Origin: an uncultured Candidatus Binatia bacterium
Lineage (GTDB): Bacteria > Desulfobacterota > Binatia > UBA9968 > JAJDTQ01
DNA: 64,000 nt
Direction of reading: 5' to 3'
Assembly (NCBI GenBank): GCA_965242525.1
Contig: OZ251459.1
Location: forward strand, 1,536,001-1,600,000
Below, piece after piece: positions 50,340-60,779 of this stretch. Numbering within the stretch: position 1 is the first letter of the stretch; every line of letters begins with the position of its first letter. The position numbers and the translations under genes were made by a program. The notes beneath the pieces were generated by a model that did no database searches, was not told the DNA's origin, and saw nothing but the letters and a program-made list of their open reading frames with translations.

Positions 50340-53300
50340 ATGGCCAGCCACAAGAGTATCCTCGACAACCAGACTGCTACGCTTGCGGATCATCTGCACC
50401 GGAACCTGCGCGCCGCTCGCCAGTTCGATTTCGTATCGGCCTACTTCAGCATCTACGGCTACGGACTGCTGGAGGACGCGCTGCAGAACGTGGAGCAGGT
50501 GCGCTTCTTGTTCGGCGACCCCGCCTCGGTGGACGACATGGACCCGGGCGCACGGGAGTCCAAGTCCTTCGACCTCAGCGAGAGCGGCCTGAAGCCCAAC
50601 CACTCGCTGCAACAGAAATACTTGGCGAAGCGTTGCGCCGAATGGTTCTCGCGCAAGAGTTTGGCCGTGCGCTCCATCAGCCGCTCCAACTTCCTGCACG
50701 GCAAGCTGTACCTGGCTGGCGCCGCGGGAGTGGTGGGCAGCTCCAACTTCACGCGCCGCGGGCTGGGCGGCAGCGACCAGGCCAACCTGGAGATCAACCT
50801 CGCCGTCACCGACCAGGACACGCTGACCGAACTGCGGGAGTGGTTCGAAGGGCTGTGGAACGACGAGCAGCGCACGGAAGACGTCAAAGAGCGGGTGTTG
50901 GAGGCGCTTGCGCGCATCGGACGCGACTACGCGCCGGAGAAAGTCTATTTCAAGACGCTGTACGAGTTGTTCCGCAAGGACATCGAAGCGCGCATGGCGG
51001 GCGAAGACTCGATCGAGGCCACGGGGTTCACGTCCAGCCGCATCTGGAACGCGCTCTACGAGTTCCAGAAGGACGGAACCAGGAGCGTCATCGCCAAGCT
51101 GCTCCAGCATAATGGCTGCATCCTCGCCGACAGCGTGGGCCTGGGCAAGACCTACACAGCGCTCGCGGTCATCAAGTACTTCGAGTTGCGAACCGAGCGG
51201 GTGCTGGTGCTGTGCCCGAGGAAGCTGCACGAGAACTGGGCGCTCTACCCCGCCAGCAACAACCACAGGCAAAACCCCTTCCTGGAGGACCGCTTCGGCT
51301 ACACGCTGCTGGCGCACACGGACTTGTCCCGGGACTCCGGCATGTCAGGCGGCGTCAACCTGGAGAGCGTCAACTGGCGCAACTACAACTTGGTGGTCAT
51401 CGACGAGTCGCACAACTTCCGCAACGACCATGGACAGCGCTACAAGCGTCTGCTGGAGGATCTCGTCCGCGGCGGCGAGGAGACGAAAGTGTTGATGCTC
51501 TCGGCGACACCGGTCAACACCTCGCTGGTCGATCTCCGCAACCAGATCTACCTGATGACAGAGGGGCGGGAGGACGCCTTCCGCGAAAGCCTTGGCGTGG
51601 AAAACATCCGCAGTCTGATGGGGGAGGCGCAGAAGCAGTTCAAGGAGTGGGAGACGGCGCAGAGCGGGCAGGCGAAACGGGACAAGGGGCAGCTTCTCGA
51701 AAGCCTGGGCGCGGACTTCCAACGGCTGCTAGGGGGCGTTTCCATATCGCGTTCCCGCCGCCAGGTAGAGCAGTTCTACGCTGCCGAGATGGATCGGGTG
51801 GGACGATTCCCCGAGCACGCACGGCCTGACAACCATCATCCGCCGACCGACGTGGAGGGCAAGCTGTCGTACAAGGAGCTTGCCGACCGCATCGAGGGGT
51901 TCACGCTCTCCATCTATCAGCCGTCCTCCTACCTGACCGACCGGCAGAGGTTGGATGAACTGGAGAAGGAACGCAAGGAGTACAACTTCGATCAGCGGGA
52001 CAGGGAACGCTTCCTCGTCCACATGATGCGGACGAACTTCCTCAAGCGGCTCGAGAGTTCGGCGCATGCGTTGACGCTGACCCTGGGGCGTAGTGTCGGC
52101 AAGATCGACGCCATGTTGGAGAGGATCGACCGTTACGAAAACGGCAGACTCGCCGCGGACGACCTGGACGCCGCCAACGTGACGCCCGATGATGACGAGG
52201 AGGACGAGGATTTCTTCGTCAACCGGCGCGCGCACTCCTATCACTTGTCGGAGCTGGACCTGAAGCGCTGGCGGAAGGATCTGCAACAGGACAGGGAGAC
52301 GCTGGGCGCGGCATGGAGGCAGGTGCAGGCCATCACGCCGGAGCGGGACGGCAAGCTGCAGGAAATCGAGCGGGCGGTGCGAGCCAGGGTGGAGAAGCCG
52401 ACGCTGGACCGTGACGGCAATCCCAACCGCAAGTTGCTGGTGTTCACCACGTTCAAGGACACGGCGAAATACCTGTACGAACAGCTTTCCGGGTTGACGG
52501 ACGAACTCGGGGTCCACATGGCGATGGTGTCCGGCGACGAGACCCATGCAGGCGCAGGGCCCAACGATTTCAACTCCATCCTCACGAATTTCGCGCCCGT
52601 CGCACGCAATCGCGGCGCCGCGGACGCGGACATCGACCTGCTCATCGCCACGGACTGCATCTCGGAGGGGCAGAACCTCCAGGACTGCGATACGGTGCTG
52701 AACTACGACATCCACTGGAACCCGGTGCGGCTGATACAGCGCTTCGGGCGCATCGACCGCATCGGCAGCCGAAGCTCCAGCGTGCGGATGATGAACTACT
52801 GGCCCACCGAGAAGATGGAAGAGTACCTGCGCCTGAAGACTCGGGTGCAGGCGCGGATGGCGCTGGCGGACGTGGCGGCCAGCGGCGACGACGACCCCTT
52901 CTCGGAGGACGACGCCCAATTGGAGTTGAACTTCCGGGACCAGCAACTACGGCGGCTGCTGGAGGAAATCCCCAGCCTGGAAGACCTGGACGACAGCCCG
53001 TCCATGAGCGATTTCACGTTGGACTACTTCATCACACAGCTACTGCGCTATCTGGAGAGCAACAAGGAGGAACTGGAAGCGATGCCCTTGGGCGTGTACG
53101 CGGTGGCTGAGGGCGCGCCCTCCGGCGTGGTCTTCTTCCTGCGGCAGCGCAACGCCGGCGCTGCGGACGCGCGGCGGCGGGTGGCCAGTCCGGTGCATCC
53201 CTTCTACCTGGTCCATGTACAGGACGACGGGTTCATCCGCTATGGCTGCGCGAACGCGCGGCAGACGTTGGGTGTGTTCGAGGCCGCCACTCAGGGCAAG

Positions 53301-53555
53301 ACAGAGCCTGTCAGGGAATTGTGCGACCGCTTCGACAGGGAAACGGAGCAAGGCAGGAACATGGCCCGCTACGACGGGCTGTTGCAAAAGGCTGCCGCAC
53401 ACGTCATGCAGGCGCACGACAGCGCGCAGCTTGCAGGCATGGGCATCTCCGGCCACCGGGGATTCAAGTTGGTCCCGGCGTCGAAGTCGCCGCGGGGCAT
53501 GGAGGACTTCGAGCTGGTAACGTGGCTGGTAATGATGGGCGGGGAACAGGCATGA
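50340..53555 (+). CDS. PLD-domain + SNF2-family helicase
   Basis: LHGKLY..VGSSNFT PLD motif; ADSVGLGKT, DESH, SATP, SEGQNLQ, QRFGRIDRIG. Confidence 0.88.
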   Translation: MASHKSILDNQTATLADHLHRNLRAARQFDFVSAYFSIYGYGLLEDALQNVEQVRFLFGDPASVDDMDPGARESKSFDLSESGLKPNHSLQQKYLAKRCAEWFSRKSLAVRSISRSNFLHGKLYLAGAAGVVGSSNFTRRGLGGSDQANLEINLAVTDQDTLTELREWFEGLWNDEQRTEDVKERVLEALARIGRDYAPEKVYFKTLYELFRKDIEARMAGEDSIEATGFTSSRIWNALYEFQKDGTRSVIAKLLQHNGCILADSVGLGKTYTALAVIKYFELRTERVLVLCPRKLHENWALYPASNNHRQNPFLEDRFGYTLLAHTDLSRDSGMSGGVNLESVNWRNYNLVVIDESHNFRNDHGQRYKRLLEDLVRGGEETKVLMLSATPVNTSLVDLRNQIYLMTEGREDAFRESLGVENIRSLMGEAQKQFKEWETAQSGQAKRDKGQLLESLGADFQRLLGGVSISRSRRQVEQFYAAEMDRVGRFPEHARPDNHHPPTDVEGKLSYKELADRIEGFTLSIYQPSSYLTDRQRLDELEKERKEYNFDQRDRERFLVHMMRTNFLKRLESSAHALTLTLGRSVGKIDAMLERIDRYENGRLAADDLDAANVTPDDDEEDEDFFVNRRAHSYHLSELDLKRWRKDLQQDRETLGAAWRQVQAITPERDGKLQEIERAVRARVEKPTLDRDGNPNRKLLVFTTFKDTAKYLYEQLSGLTDELGVHMAMVSGDETHAGAGPNDFNSILTNFAPVARNRGAADADIDLLIATDCISEGQNLQDCDTVLNYDIHWNPVRLIQRFGRIDRIGSRSSSVRMMNYWPTEKMEEYLRLKTRVQARMALADVAASGDDDPFSEDDAQLELNFRDQQLRRLLEEIPSLEDLDDSPSMSDFTLDYFITQLLRYLESNKEELEAMPLGVYAVAEGAPSGVVFFLRQRNAGAADARRRVASPVHPFYLVHVQDDGFIRYGCANARQTLGVFEAATQGKTEPVRELCDRFDRETEQGRNMARYDGLLQKAAAHVMQAHDSAQLAGMGISGHRGFKLVPASKSPRGMEDFELVTWLVMMGGEQA

Positions 53556-56500
53556 TTGCGCAAGGTAACGTGAAGGAAGAAGTACGCGCCGCGCTGTCCG
53601 GGCTGGAGGGCAGAGAACTCGCAACCGCGGCAGAGGGTCTGCTGGGCGCACTGGGCTACCATAGCGAGCGTACCCCACGTCAGTCCGGCCGCGTGGACGA
53701 CTTCATTTCACGACTACCCGCGCCGAAGCGCGGCACGAGCTCGGAGCAAGAGTTCCGCAAGGAAGCCACCGCCGTCCACGTCGTCTTCCAATTCACGGAC
53801 ACGGAAATCGCGGCCTCCGCACAGGCCAGCCTGCTGGACGACGCCCCGTCGTTCGACGAGGGCAACGCCAAGAGCTTCTTGTTCACAGCCGTGGATCTGC
53901 AAGGCAAGAGCTACCCGCGCGGGAAGTATGCAGCTTTCACACGGGAGGTCAACAAACGCATCAGCGCGCCGGTGGTCGTCCTGTTCCGTAACGGGACAGG
54001 CAAGGTCACGCTGGCGTTCGCGCATCGACGGCAGAATCGGCGTAACCCGGAGCGGGACGTGTTAGGCAACGTCTTGCTCATCCGAGAGATGGACGCTGCG
54101 GATCCGCACCGCGCCCATCTGGACATCCTCGCCGAGCTATCGCTCCCCCAACGGCTGAAGTGGATGGCGTCCCATGACAAGCAGCGCAACTTCGACGGAC
54201 TGCTTACAGCATGGCTGGACGCCCTGGACACGGAGGAGCTCAACCGCCGCTTCTACCGCGAGTTGTTCGGGTGGTTCGAGCGGGCGGTGGAACAGGCGCG
54301 CTTCCCGCAGGGCGAGGCAAAGTCCATCTCCCGAGAGGAACACGTCATACGCCTCATCACACGGCTGCTGTTCGTGTGGTTCATCAAGGAGAAAGGCTTG
54401 GTAGCGGAGGATTTGTTCGTCGAGGAGAGGGTGGAGAAACTGCTGAAGGACTACGACCGCGACGCTGGCGATTCCTACTACCGGGCCGTGCTGCAGAACC
54501 TGTTCTTCGCCACGCTGAACACGGAGATCGGGCGGCGGCGCTTCAGCGGCAAAGGCAACCCCACCCACCGTGACTTCTCGCTCTACCGCTACAGGGAGGA
54601 AATAGCGGACGAGAAAGGGCTACTGGAATTGTTCGGGCGAACGCCGTTCATCAACGGCGGGCTGTTCGACTGCCTGGATAGCGAGGCGGCCACGGGGCAT
54701 GGCGGCTACCGCATCGACTGCTTCTCGGACGTGCACTATCACAGGCTGAGCATCCCCAACCGGCTGTTCTTCGGCGAGGACGGCCTCATCGACCTGTTCG
54801 AGCGCTACAAGTTCACCGTGGAGGAGAACACGCCTGCGGAACAGGAAGTTGCGCTGGACCCGGAGCTTCTGGGCAAGGTGTTCGAGAATCTGCTGGCGGC
54901 GAACACGCCGGAGACCTCGGAGAAGGTGCGGAAGCAGACAGGTTCCTACTACACGCCCCGTGCGGTGGTGGAGTACATGGTGGACGAGGCACTGGTTGGC
55001 GCGCTCGCCCGGAAAGCGCCTCCGCCGGACGGAGACGAGGACTTCTACCAAGAGCGTCTCCGCTATCTGCTCGACTACGAGGACGCCTTCAGCGATGCGG
55101 ATACGCTGTTCACGCCGGAGGAACGCGAAGGCGTCGTGTGCGCCATCGCTGAGCTTCGAGTTCTGGACCCGGCGGTGGGTTCCGGCGCATTTCCCATGGG
55201 CATCCTGCACAAGCTAACCTTGGCCTTGCGCCGCCTGGATTCGGACAACCACTTGTGGGAGAAGCTTCAGAGAGAGAAGGCGGAAGTGCGCGCGAAGGAT
55301 GCCTTCCGGACCAAGGATCAGAAGGCGCGAAGGGAAGAACTTACGGGGATAAGCGATACATTCGAGCGGTACCGCGATTCGGACTTCGGGCGGAAGCTAT
55401 ACCTCATCCAGAACAGCATCTACGGCGTGGACATCCAACCCATTGCCTGCCAGATAGCCAAGCTGCGCTTCTTCATCTCGCTGGCCATTGAACAGCGGCC
55501 TAACGAGGACGATGAGGACAACTACGGCATCAAGCCACTGCCTAACTTGGAGACTCGGTTCGTGGCGGCGAATACCCTGTTGGGGCTGGACACTGGCACC
55601 CAGATGACCCTGGGACAGACCGGCGAGGTACCGCGGCTTCAGAGGGAATTGCGGGCCAATCGGGAACGTCACTTCCACGCCACGACGCGGAGACGAAAAC
55701 TGGACTGCCGCCGACGGGACGCCAACCTGCGCCGACGATTGGCGGACGCGCTACGCGGAGCGGGCTTCTCTGCCGAGTCCGCGGAGCAGCTAGCGGCGTG
55801 GGACGCCTTCGACCAGAATGCGACAGAAGCGAAGTGGTTCGACGCGGAATACATGTTCGGGGTGTCGGACGGATTCGAGGTGGTGATCACAAATCCTCCC
55901 TATGTGCAACTTCAGAAGGACGGCGGCCGTCTAGCGCAGCTATACAAAGACGCGGACTTCGAGACGTTCGCGCGGACAGGAGACATATACCAGTTGTTCT
56001 ACGAGAAAGGGATGAACCTGTCTACCGAGGGGAGTGGATTACTGGCATACGTGACGTCCAACAGTTGGCTGAAGGCGGAGTACGGCAGATCGACACGGCG
56101 ATGGTTCACGGAGAAGCATACGCCGCTGCGCTTATTGGAGATAGGAAAGGATGTATTCGAGAACGCCATCGTCGATGCCAGCATCCTCATCGTACGCAAT
56201 GGCAAGAGCAACGCCACGAGCCTAGGTGTTGACATGGACCGCCTAGCGGACAAGAGCTTTCCACCGGAGGAAAGCTTCTATGGGGACTTCCGGCCCAATG
56301 GCGAGAGACCTTGGATCGCGCTTTCCAGCATAGAACGGACAGTGATGGACAAGATAGAAGCCGCTGGGACGCCCTTGAAAGAATGGGAGGTGAGCATCTA
56401 TCGTGGGGTTACCACGGGGTTGAATAGCGCCTTCATCATCAATGAGGACACAAAGCAAGCACTTCTCAAGGTAGACCCGAAGTCCGCGGAGATCATCAAG

Positions 56501-57130
56501 CCGGTGCTGCGCGGGCGGGACATCCAGCGATACCGGGCAGAGTATGCCGGCCGGTGGCTGATCGATACCCACAATGGGTATGGGGGCGTTCCTGCCGTTG
56601 ACGTTGACGCTTACCCTTCAGTCAAAGCCCACCTGAATGGCTTCTACTCATGTTTGGAAAAGCGGCAAGACAAGGGCAAGACACCCTATAATCTCCGAAA
56701 CTGCACCTACCACGAGGAGTTTGCCAAGGAGAAGTTGGTTTGGCTTGACCTGACCGAGCGAGGAAGATTTGCATATGACACTGACAAAATGTTCTGCGTG
56801 AACACGGCTTTCATCATGTCAGGGGAAGCAATCAAATATCTGTGCGCGGTGCTCAACTCCAAATTGGCAACTTGGTTTATGAGCAACACCGCGCTCAATT
56901 CCGGCATGGGAATATCTCGATGGATTCCCGTATGGATCGAACGAATTCCGGTGCCTCGTATTGACGCAGGTGGTCAGCGTCCGTTCGTGGAACTAGTGGA
57001 TCGGATACTGTCCGCGAAGCAAAAAGATGCCTCTGCGGACACATCGGGGTACGAGCGAGAAATAGACGCATTGGTGTACACGCTGTACGGGCTGATAGGG
57101 GATGAGATGACGGTGGTGGAAGGGGAGTAG
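53552..57130 (+). CDS. Eco57I-like type IIG restriction-modification enzyme / amino-methyltransferase
   Basis: PFINGGLF, LGKVFE, GSYYTP, LDPAVGSGAF, YGVDI, NPPY, C-terminal TaqI-like TRD. Confidence 0.88.
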   Translation: MIAQGNVKEEVRAALSGLEGRELATAAEGLLGALGYHSERTPRQSGRVDDFISRLPAPKRGTSSEQEFRKEATAVHVVFQFTDTEIAASAQASLLDDAPSFDEGNAKSFLFTAVDLQGKSYPRGKYAAFTREVNKRISAPVVVLFRNGTGKVTLAFAHRRQNRRNPERDVLGNVLLIREMDAADPHRAHLDILAELSLPQRLKWMASHDKQRNFDGLLTAWLDALDTEELNRRFYRELFGWFERAVEQARFPQGEAKSISREEHVIRLITRLLFVWFIKEKGLVAEDLFVEERVEKLLKDYDRDAGDSYYRAVLQNLFFATLNTEIGRRRFSGKGNPTHRDFSLYRYREEIADEKGLLELFGRTPFINGGLFDCLDSEAATGHGGYRIDCFSDVHYHRLSIPNRLFFGEDGLIDLFERYKFTVEENTPAEQEVALDPELLGKVFENLLAANTPETSEKVRKQTGSYYTPRAVVEYMVDEALVGALARKAPPPDGDEDFYQERLRYLLDYEDAFSDADTLFTPEEREGVVCAIAELRVLDPAVGSGAFPMGILHKLTLALRRLDSDNHLWEKLQREKAEVRAKDAFRTKDQKARREELTGISDTFERYRDSDFGRKLYLIQNSIYGVDIQPIACQIAKLRFFISLAIEQRPNEDDEDNYGIKPLPNLETRFVAANTLLGLDTGTQMTLGQTGEVPRLQRELRANRERHFHATTRRRKLDCRRRDANLRRRLADALRGAGFSAESAEQLAAWDAFDQNATEAKWFDAEYMFGVSDGFEVVITNPPYVQLQKDGGRLAQLYKDADFETFARTGDIYQLFYEKGMNLSTEGSGLLAYVTSNSWLKAEYGRSTRRWFTEKHTPLRLLEIGKDVFENAIVDASILIVRNGKSNATSLGVDMDRLADKSFPPEESFYGDFRPNGERPWIALSSIERTVMDKIEAAGTPLKEWEVSIYRGVTTGLNSAFIINEDTKQALLKVDPKSAEIIKPVLRGRDIQRYRAEYAGRWLIDTHNGYGGVPAVDVDAYPSVKAHLNGFYSCLEKRQDKGKTPYNLRNCTYHEEFAKEKLVWLDLTERGRFAYDTDKMFCVNTAFIMSGEAIKYLCAVLNSKLATWFMSNTALNSGMGISRWIPVWIERIPVPRIDAGGQRPFVELVDRILSAKQKDASADTSGYEREIDALVYTLYGLIGDEMTVVEGE

Positions 57131-57221
57131 GTGTTGGATGGAAATGCCCATGAAGTCACGCGCCGGTGCGCCCGGTCGCGCTTGCGAAACATACCATCGG
57201 TCATTAGGAGCTGAAACCAGA

Positions 57222-57647
57222 ATGACCGCCCTCCCTCACCCCATCCCCACGAGCGCAACGGCGACGAAGAAAATGCGTGCGAACCGCCGATTAGATACGA
57301 AGCCCGAAATCAGGCTCAGATCCGCACTGCATCGAGCCGGATTGCGATTCAGGAAAGACCAACTTATCCGCCTGCCCAATGGCAAAACAACGCATCCCGA
57401 CGTCGTGTTCCCTCGAAAGAGAGTCGCTGTCTTCGTAGATGGCTGCTTCTGGCATTCATGCCCGCAACACGGCACTACTCCAAAGTCCAACGTGGACTAT
57501 TGGATCCCCAAGCTGAAAGAAAACGTCGAGAGAGACAGAGCCACGGATTCGGAGTTGGAGGCAGGCGGGTGGCAGGTCGTCAGGGTCTGGGCGCACGTGC
57601 ATGAGGACGAAGCAGCGGCTACAATCATATTAAGGTTCTCAGAATAG
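57222..57647 (+). CDS. vsr: Very short patch repair endonuclease
   Basis: M.ANRRLDTKPE..LR..LH..G.RFR, PDVVF, FVDGCFWH.CP, YWIPK..N.ERD. Confidence 0.9.
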   Translation: MTALPHPIPTSATATKKMRANRRLDTKPEIRLRSALHRAGLRFRKDQLIRLPNGKTTHPDVVFPRKRVAVFVDGCFWHSCPQHGTTPKSNVDYWIPKLKENVERDRATDSELEAGGWQVVRVWAHVHEDEAAATIILRFSE

Positions 57648-58707
57648 AAACCATTACAAGTTCGTATAACAAGTAGTGGGAGCATGGAAGAAGCTCCGTA
57701 TCAAAGCAGGCAGTTGTTGCATCCGACGCAGGTGAGACATGGTCATGGCTCGCAAGGTTTCCCGGGATGTGATCCGCTTGCGCCCCAACGCCTGGTTCTT
57801 CAAGTTGTTCCACACCAGTTCGTCCGGGTTGAGTTCCGGCGAGTACGGCGGCAGGTAATGCAACTCGAGCATCCCTTCCTGTTCCTCCACGAAACGCCGC
57901 ACCGACTTGGCCCGATGGACCGGGTGGCCGTCCACAATCAGGAAAATGGGAGAGGTCGCATTCACCATCAGGCGTCTGAGAAACCCGATGAACACCGGCG
58001 CCGTCACTCGCCCCGGAGTCACCATGAAGCGAAGATGCCCACGGGCGCTGATGGCAGAGATGAGGTTCGCCCCGAACCGCGCCCCCGTGCCCGACACCAC
58101 CGGAGTATGCCCCCGAAGCCCCCAGGTCGTGCCCCAATGACTGTCCGAACGAACCCCCGCCTCGTCTCCGAAGAAGATCTGCGCCCCCACACGCTTCGCC
58201 CGGTCATGCAGCTTCGGGTATTCCTCCTCCCGCCAATGACGGGCCGCCTCCGGATCCTGTTGATAGGCACGCCAAACAGGACGCTGCACGCTCAATCCCA
58301 TCTGCCCCAGCAACCGGCACACCGTACTGTGACTCAGCCGCACACCCCATCGCCTGTCGATCAGCTCCTGCACCATCTTCGCCGTCCACAGCGCAAACGG
58401 AAACCGCAACTGCAACGGGTTCTTCTCCACCACCGTGTCATAAACCCATTTCAGCGCCCTCGCATCCAGCTTCGGAGGCCGCCCTCCTCGCTTGCGGGCG
58501 TCCAGCTTCCCCCATCCCCCGCTGCGGTACAACGCCAACCAACGGAACACCGTGCGCAGGTTCACTCCCATGGCCGCCGCCACTTCTGTCGGCTTCGACC
58601 CCGCTTGCAGGCTCGCAATCCCGCGCCGGCGCAATTCCGTCAAGGTCCGATGATCCAGTTTTCGTCCGTCCGTGTTCATACCCGTTATCATACTATACTT
58701 CTGGTTC
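57647..58707 (-). mobile_element. IS630-family insertion sequence flanked by TA
   Basis: TA at 57645-57646 and 58708-58709; imperfect terminal inverted repeats GAAACCA / GAACCA; contains the transposase. Confidence 0.75.
57654..58691 (-). CDS. IS630 family transposase
   Basis: HTH N-terminus, FGDEAG, IVDGHPVH, LPPYSPELNPDE.VW. Confidence 0.93.
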   Translation of the reverse strand: MITGMNTDGRKLDHRTLTELRRRGIASLQAGSKPTEVAAAMGVNLRTVFRWLALYRSGGWGKLDARKRGGRPPKLDARALKWVYDTVVEKNPLQLRFPFALWTAKMVQELIDRRWGVRLSHSTVCRLLGQMGLSVQRPVWRAYQQDPEAARHWREEEYPKLHDRAKRVGAQIFFGDEAGVRSDSHWGTTWGLRGHTPVVSGTGARFGANLISAISARGHLRFMVTPGRVTAPVFIGFLRRLMVNATSPIFLIVDGHPVHRAKSVRRFVEEQEGMLELHYLPPYSPELNPDELVWNNLKNQALGRKRITSRETLRAMTMSHLRRMQQLPALIRSFFHAPTTCYTNL

Positions 58708-58760
58708 TATGGCAACTAAAATCGGACCCTTAATAACTCGATTGGAGTCACTGCAAAGCC

Positions 58761-60779
58761 CTAGCGGAGTTCCGGGCTGATAGCCTTCACGTCTTCTATC
58801 TCAATGCTCTTGATGAGATGATACACTCTACCTGCTTGATCCGCACGATCAACGTAATCTTGGTATGCCTCCATCGCGTTCTGGATGAGTTCGTCGTACA
58901 TTACTACACGCGCATTCCAATCTTCCAGATTAGCACGTGATCTCTGTTCAATGTCAGAAGTATCCCAATCTTGCGGTCGTTTCCCAACAACACACACGAA
59001 CTCGAATGGGTCATTTCCCTTACCATTTGTTTGCAGGACTTTCTGGACAGATTTGAAGTACCGTCGTATCTGTCCCTGTAGCTCCATGCTATCCAGTCTC
59101 CGAGAAGCCTTCTTGAGCTCGATTATCACATGCTTGCCCGCTGTGGTAGTGTAGTGGATATCCACTCGTCTCCTCTGCTGTTCCTTGGGCAGAGATTTGA
59201 AGACCGCACCCAAAGCTGTGTAGATCCGCTTTTCCATATGCTTTGTATGTGTTGCCCGTTCCCATGAGGGGTCCAACAGCCAGAGGTGCTTGAATAGATG
59301 TTCTTGGAACGCTCTTTCTTTAGCATCATCATCGACGAGATTCGTCAGTTTCCGGATAACTTCAAGCCTGTCCCTAGCAATCTGGTAATATGCGCTGGCC
59401 TCAAGATCGTCCAACTGGATGAACACTTCCTCAAGGATGTTCAGATTGTCGGCTGATACCTTGTCGAGGCGATAGAGTAGATTGCGCAATTTAAGACTTT
59501 CGAAGGCAAGGATGCCGCTTACGTATAGTTGACGCTTCTCCGTCAAGTCATCTATAGGCAAACGATTGATTCGACCAAAAAGGTTGTTAGCGACCTTCCT
59601 GTGATCCGAATTGAGTTGTGCTTCCCATTCCTTGATTTGAGGAATCTTCAGTGCATCTTCTCTGCCCTTCCGATTCCGTAAAGTTGTCCATTTGTTCTGG
59701 ATGAAATGCAGTTCATCTTGAAGTTTGGACTTCAAGGCCTGGTACCTGGGGTTTTCCTCAATGATGCACTGTCTGCTGGTTGTAGCGATGTCTTCTTCGT
59801 CGTCCAAATCCAAGAAGTCTGCGTGTATCTCCCCAATGATGTACTTTGTATAGAGTCCCCCTTCGGCAAACTCCTCCAAGATGTCCTCTTGCGCCAGTTT
59901 GCCGCGCACCATCAGGAGTATCCTGTTTATGCTTTCGTTGGTATCAGAATCCTTCAATTGACCAGATACTTCGACTGTGCCAATCCATCCGTCGATTTGG
60001 AAATTGCTTCCATCCGTCGCTGTTACTGCGCCCGATCTGATTTCAGCGTGCTGCAGTTTCTTGGCCGCCGCTTTTGCCTCCTGTCCAGTTTCGCCAAATA
60101 CCCAAATATACTGGAGCTTATCATGGTAGTCCCGGTCTTCGATGAGGATTGGATCGTCATTCAAGGTTATCTCGAAGTTGTGACTCCCTCCGATAACGCT
60201 GAACCTGCGAGCGAGCCTTTTCTTCAAGGCTTCACTGCTCCGATGCAGTCGCCGCTTCATATTGGTGAGAATTATCTTCGTTCCCTTGCTTAGCGTGATC
60301 TCCGCAGCGTCAACCGGGTGGGGATTGTAGTCGCTCTCCTGATTCCCATGGATAGCTTCTTCAATCGCGTCAAGGTTCATCCTGAACCCATGAGATTCAT
60401 TATCTTTCACGCTATGGACTTCGACTGTACGGGCTATCGAGAAGAGGGACAGCTTGCCAATACCCTTCCGTCCCATGACGGACCGGCGGAATCGTGGTGT
60501 CTTGGCGCCATCGGGCGCCTTGCGACGCTCGTAGCCCACGCACAGGTAACGCTGATTGGCGTCATCTACGCTCATGCCATGGCCATCATCTTGGATGATG
60601 ATCTTGCCATCATTCGGGTCTATGTCGATGGAAACATGCTCGGCATCGGCGTCCCACGCATTGGCCACTGCTTCGGAGAGAACCGCAGGAACGTTGCTGT
60701 AGAGACCAATACCTAAGTGGTTCAGGACATTCAGACTCAGCGTCATCTTGTACTTACTGCTTTCGCTAGAGGCCATCAT
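58761..60779 (-). CDS. GHKL (MORC-like) ATPase fused to a C-terminal PD-(D/E)xK nuclease
   Basis: LSEAVANAWDADA, DDGHGM, GRKGIGKLS; C-terminal ERAFQEHL..WLL..RVDI..VIIELKK; low GC. Confidence 0.8.
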   Translation of the reverse strand: MMASSESSKYKMTLSLNVLNHLGIGLYSNVPAVLSEAVANAWDADAEHVSIDIDPNDGKIIIQDDGHGMSVDDANQRYLCVGYERRKAPDGAKTPRFRRSVMGRKGIGKLSLFSIARTVEVHSVKDNESHGFRMNLDAIEEAIHGNQESDYNPHPVDAAEITLSKGTKIILTNMKRRLHRSSEALKKRLARRFSVIGGSHNFEITLNDDPILIEDRDYHDKLQYIWVFGETGQEAKAAAKKLQHAEIRSGAVTATDGSNFQIDGWIGTVEVSGQLKDSDTNESINRILLMVRGKLAQEDILEEFAEGGLYTKYIIGEIHADFLDLDDEEDIATTSRQCIIEENPRYQALKSKLQDELHFIQNKWTTLRNRKGREDALKIPQIKEWEAQLNSDHRKVANNLFGRINRLPIDDLTEKRQLYVSGILAFESLKLRNLLYRLDKVSADNLNILEEVFIQLDDLEASAYYQIARDRLEVIRKLTNLVDDDAKERAFQEHLFKHLWLLDPSWERATHTKHMEKRIYTALGAVFKSLPKEQQRRRVDIHYTTTAGKHVIIELKKASRRLDSMELQGQIRRYFKSVQKVLQTNGKGNDPFEFVCVVGKRPQDWDTSDIEQRSRANLEDWNARVVMYDELIQNAMEAYQDYVDRADQAGRVYHLIKSIEIEDVKAISPELR

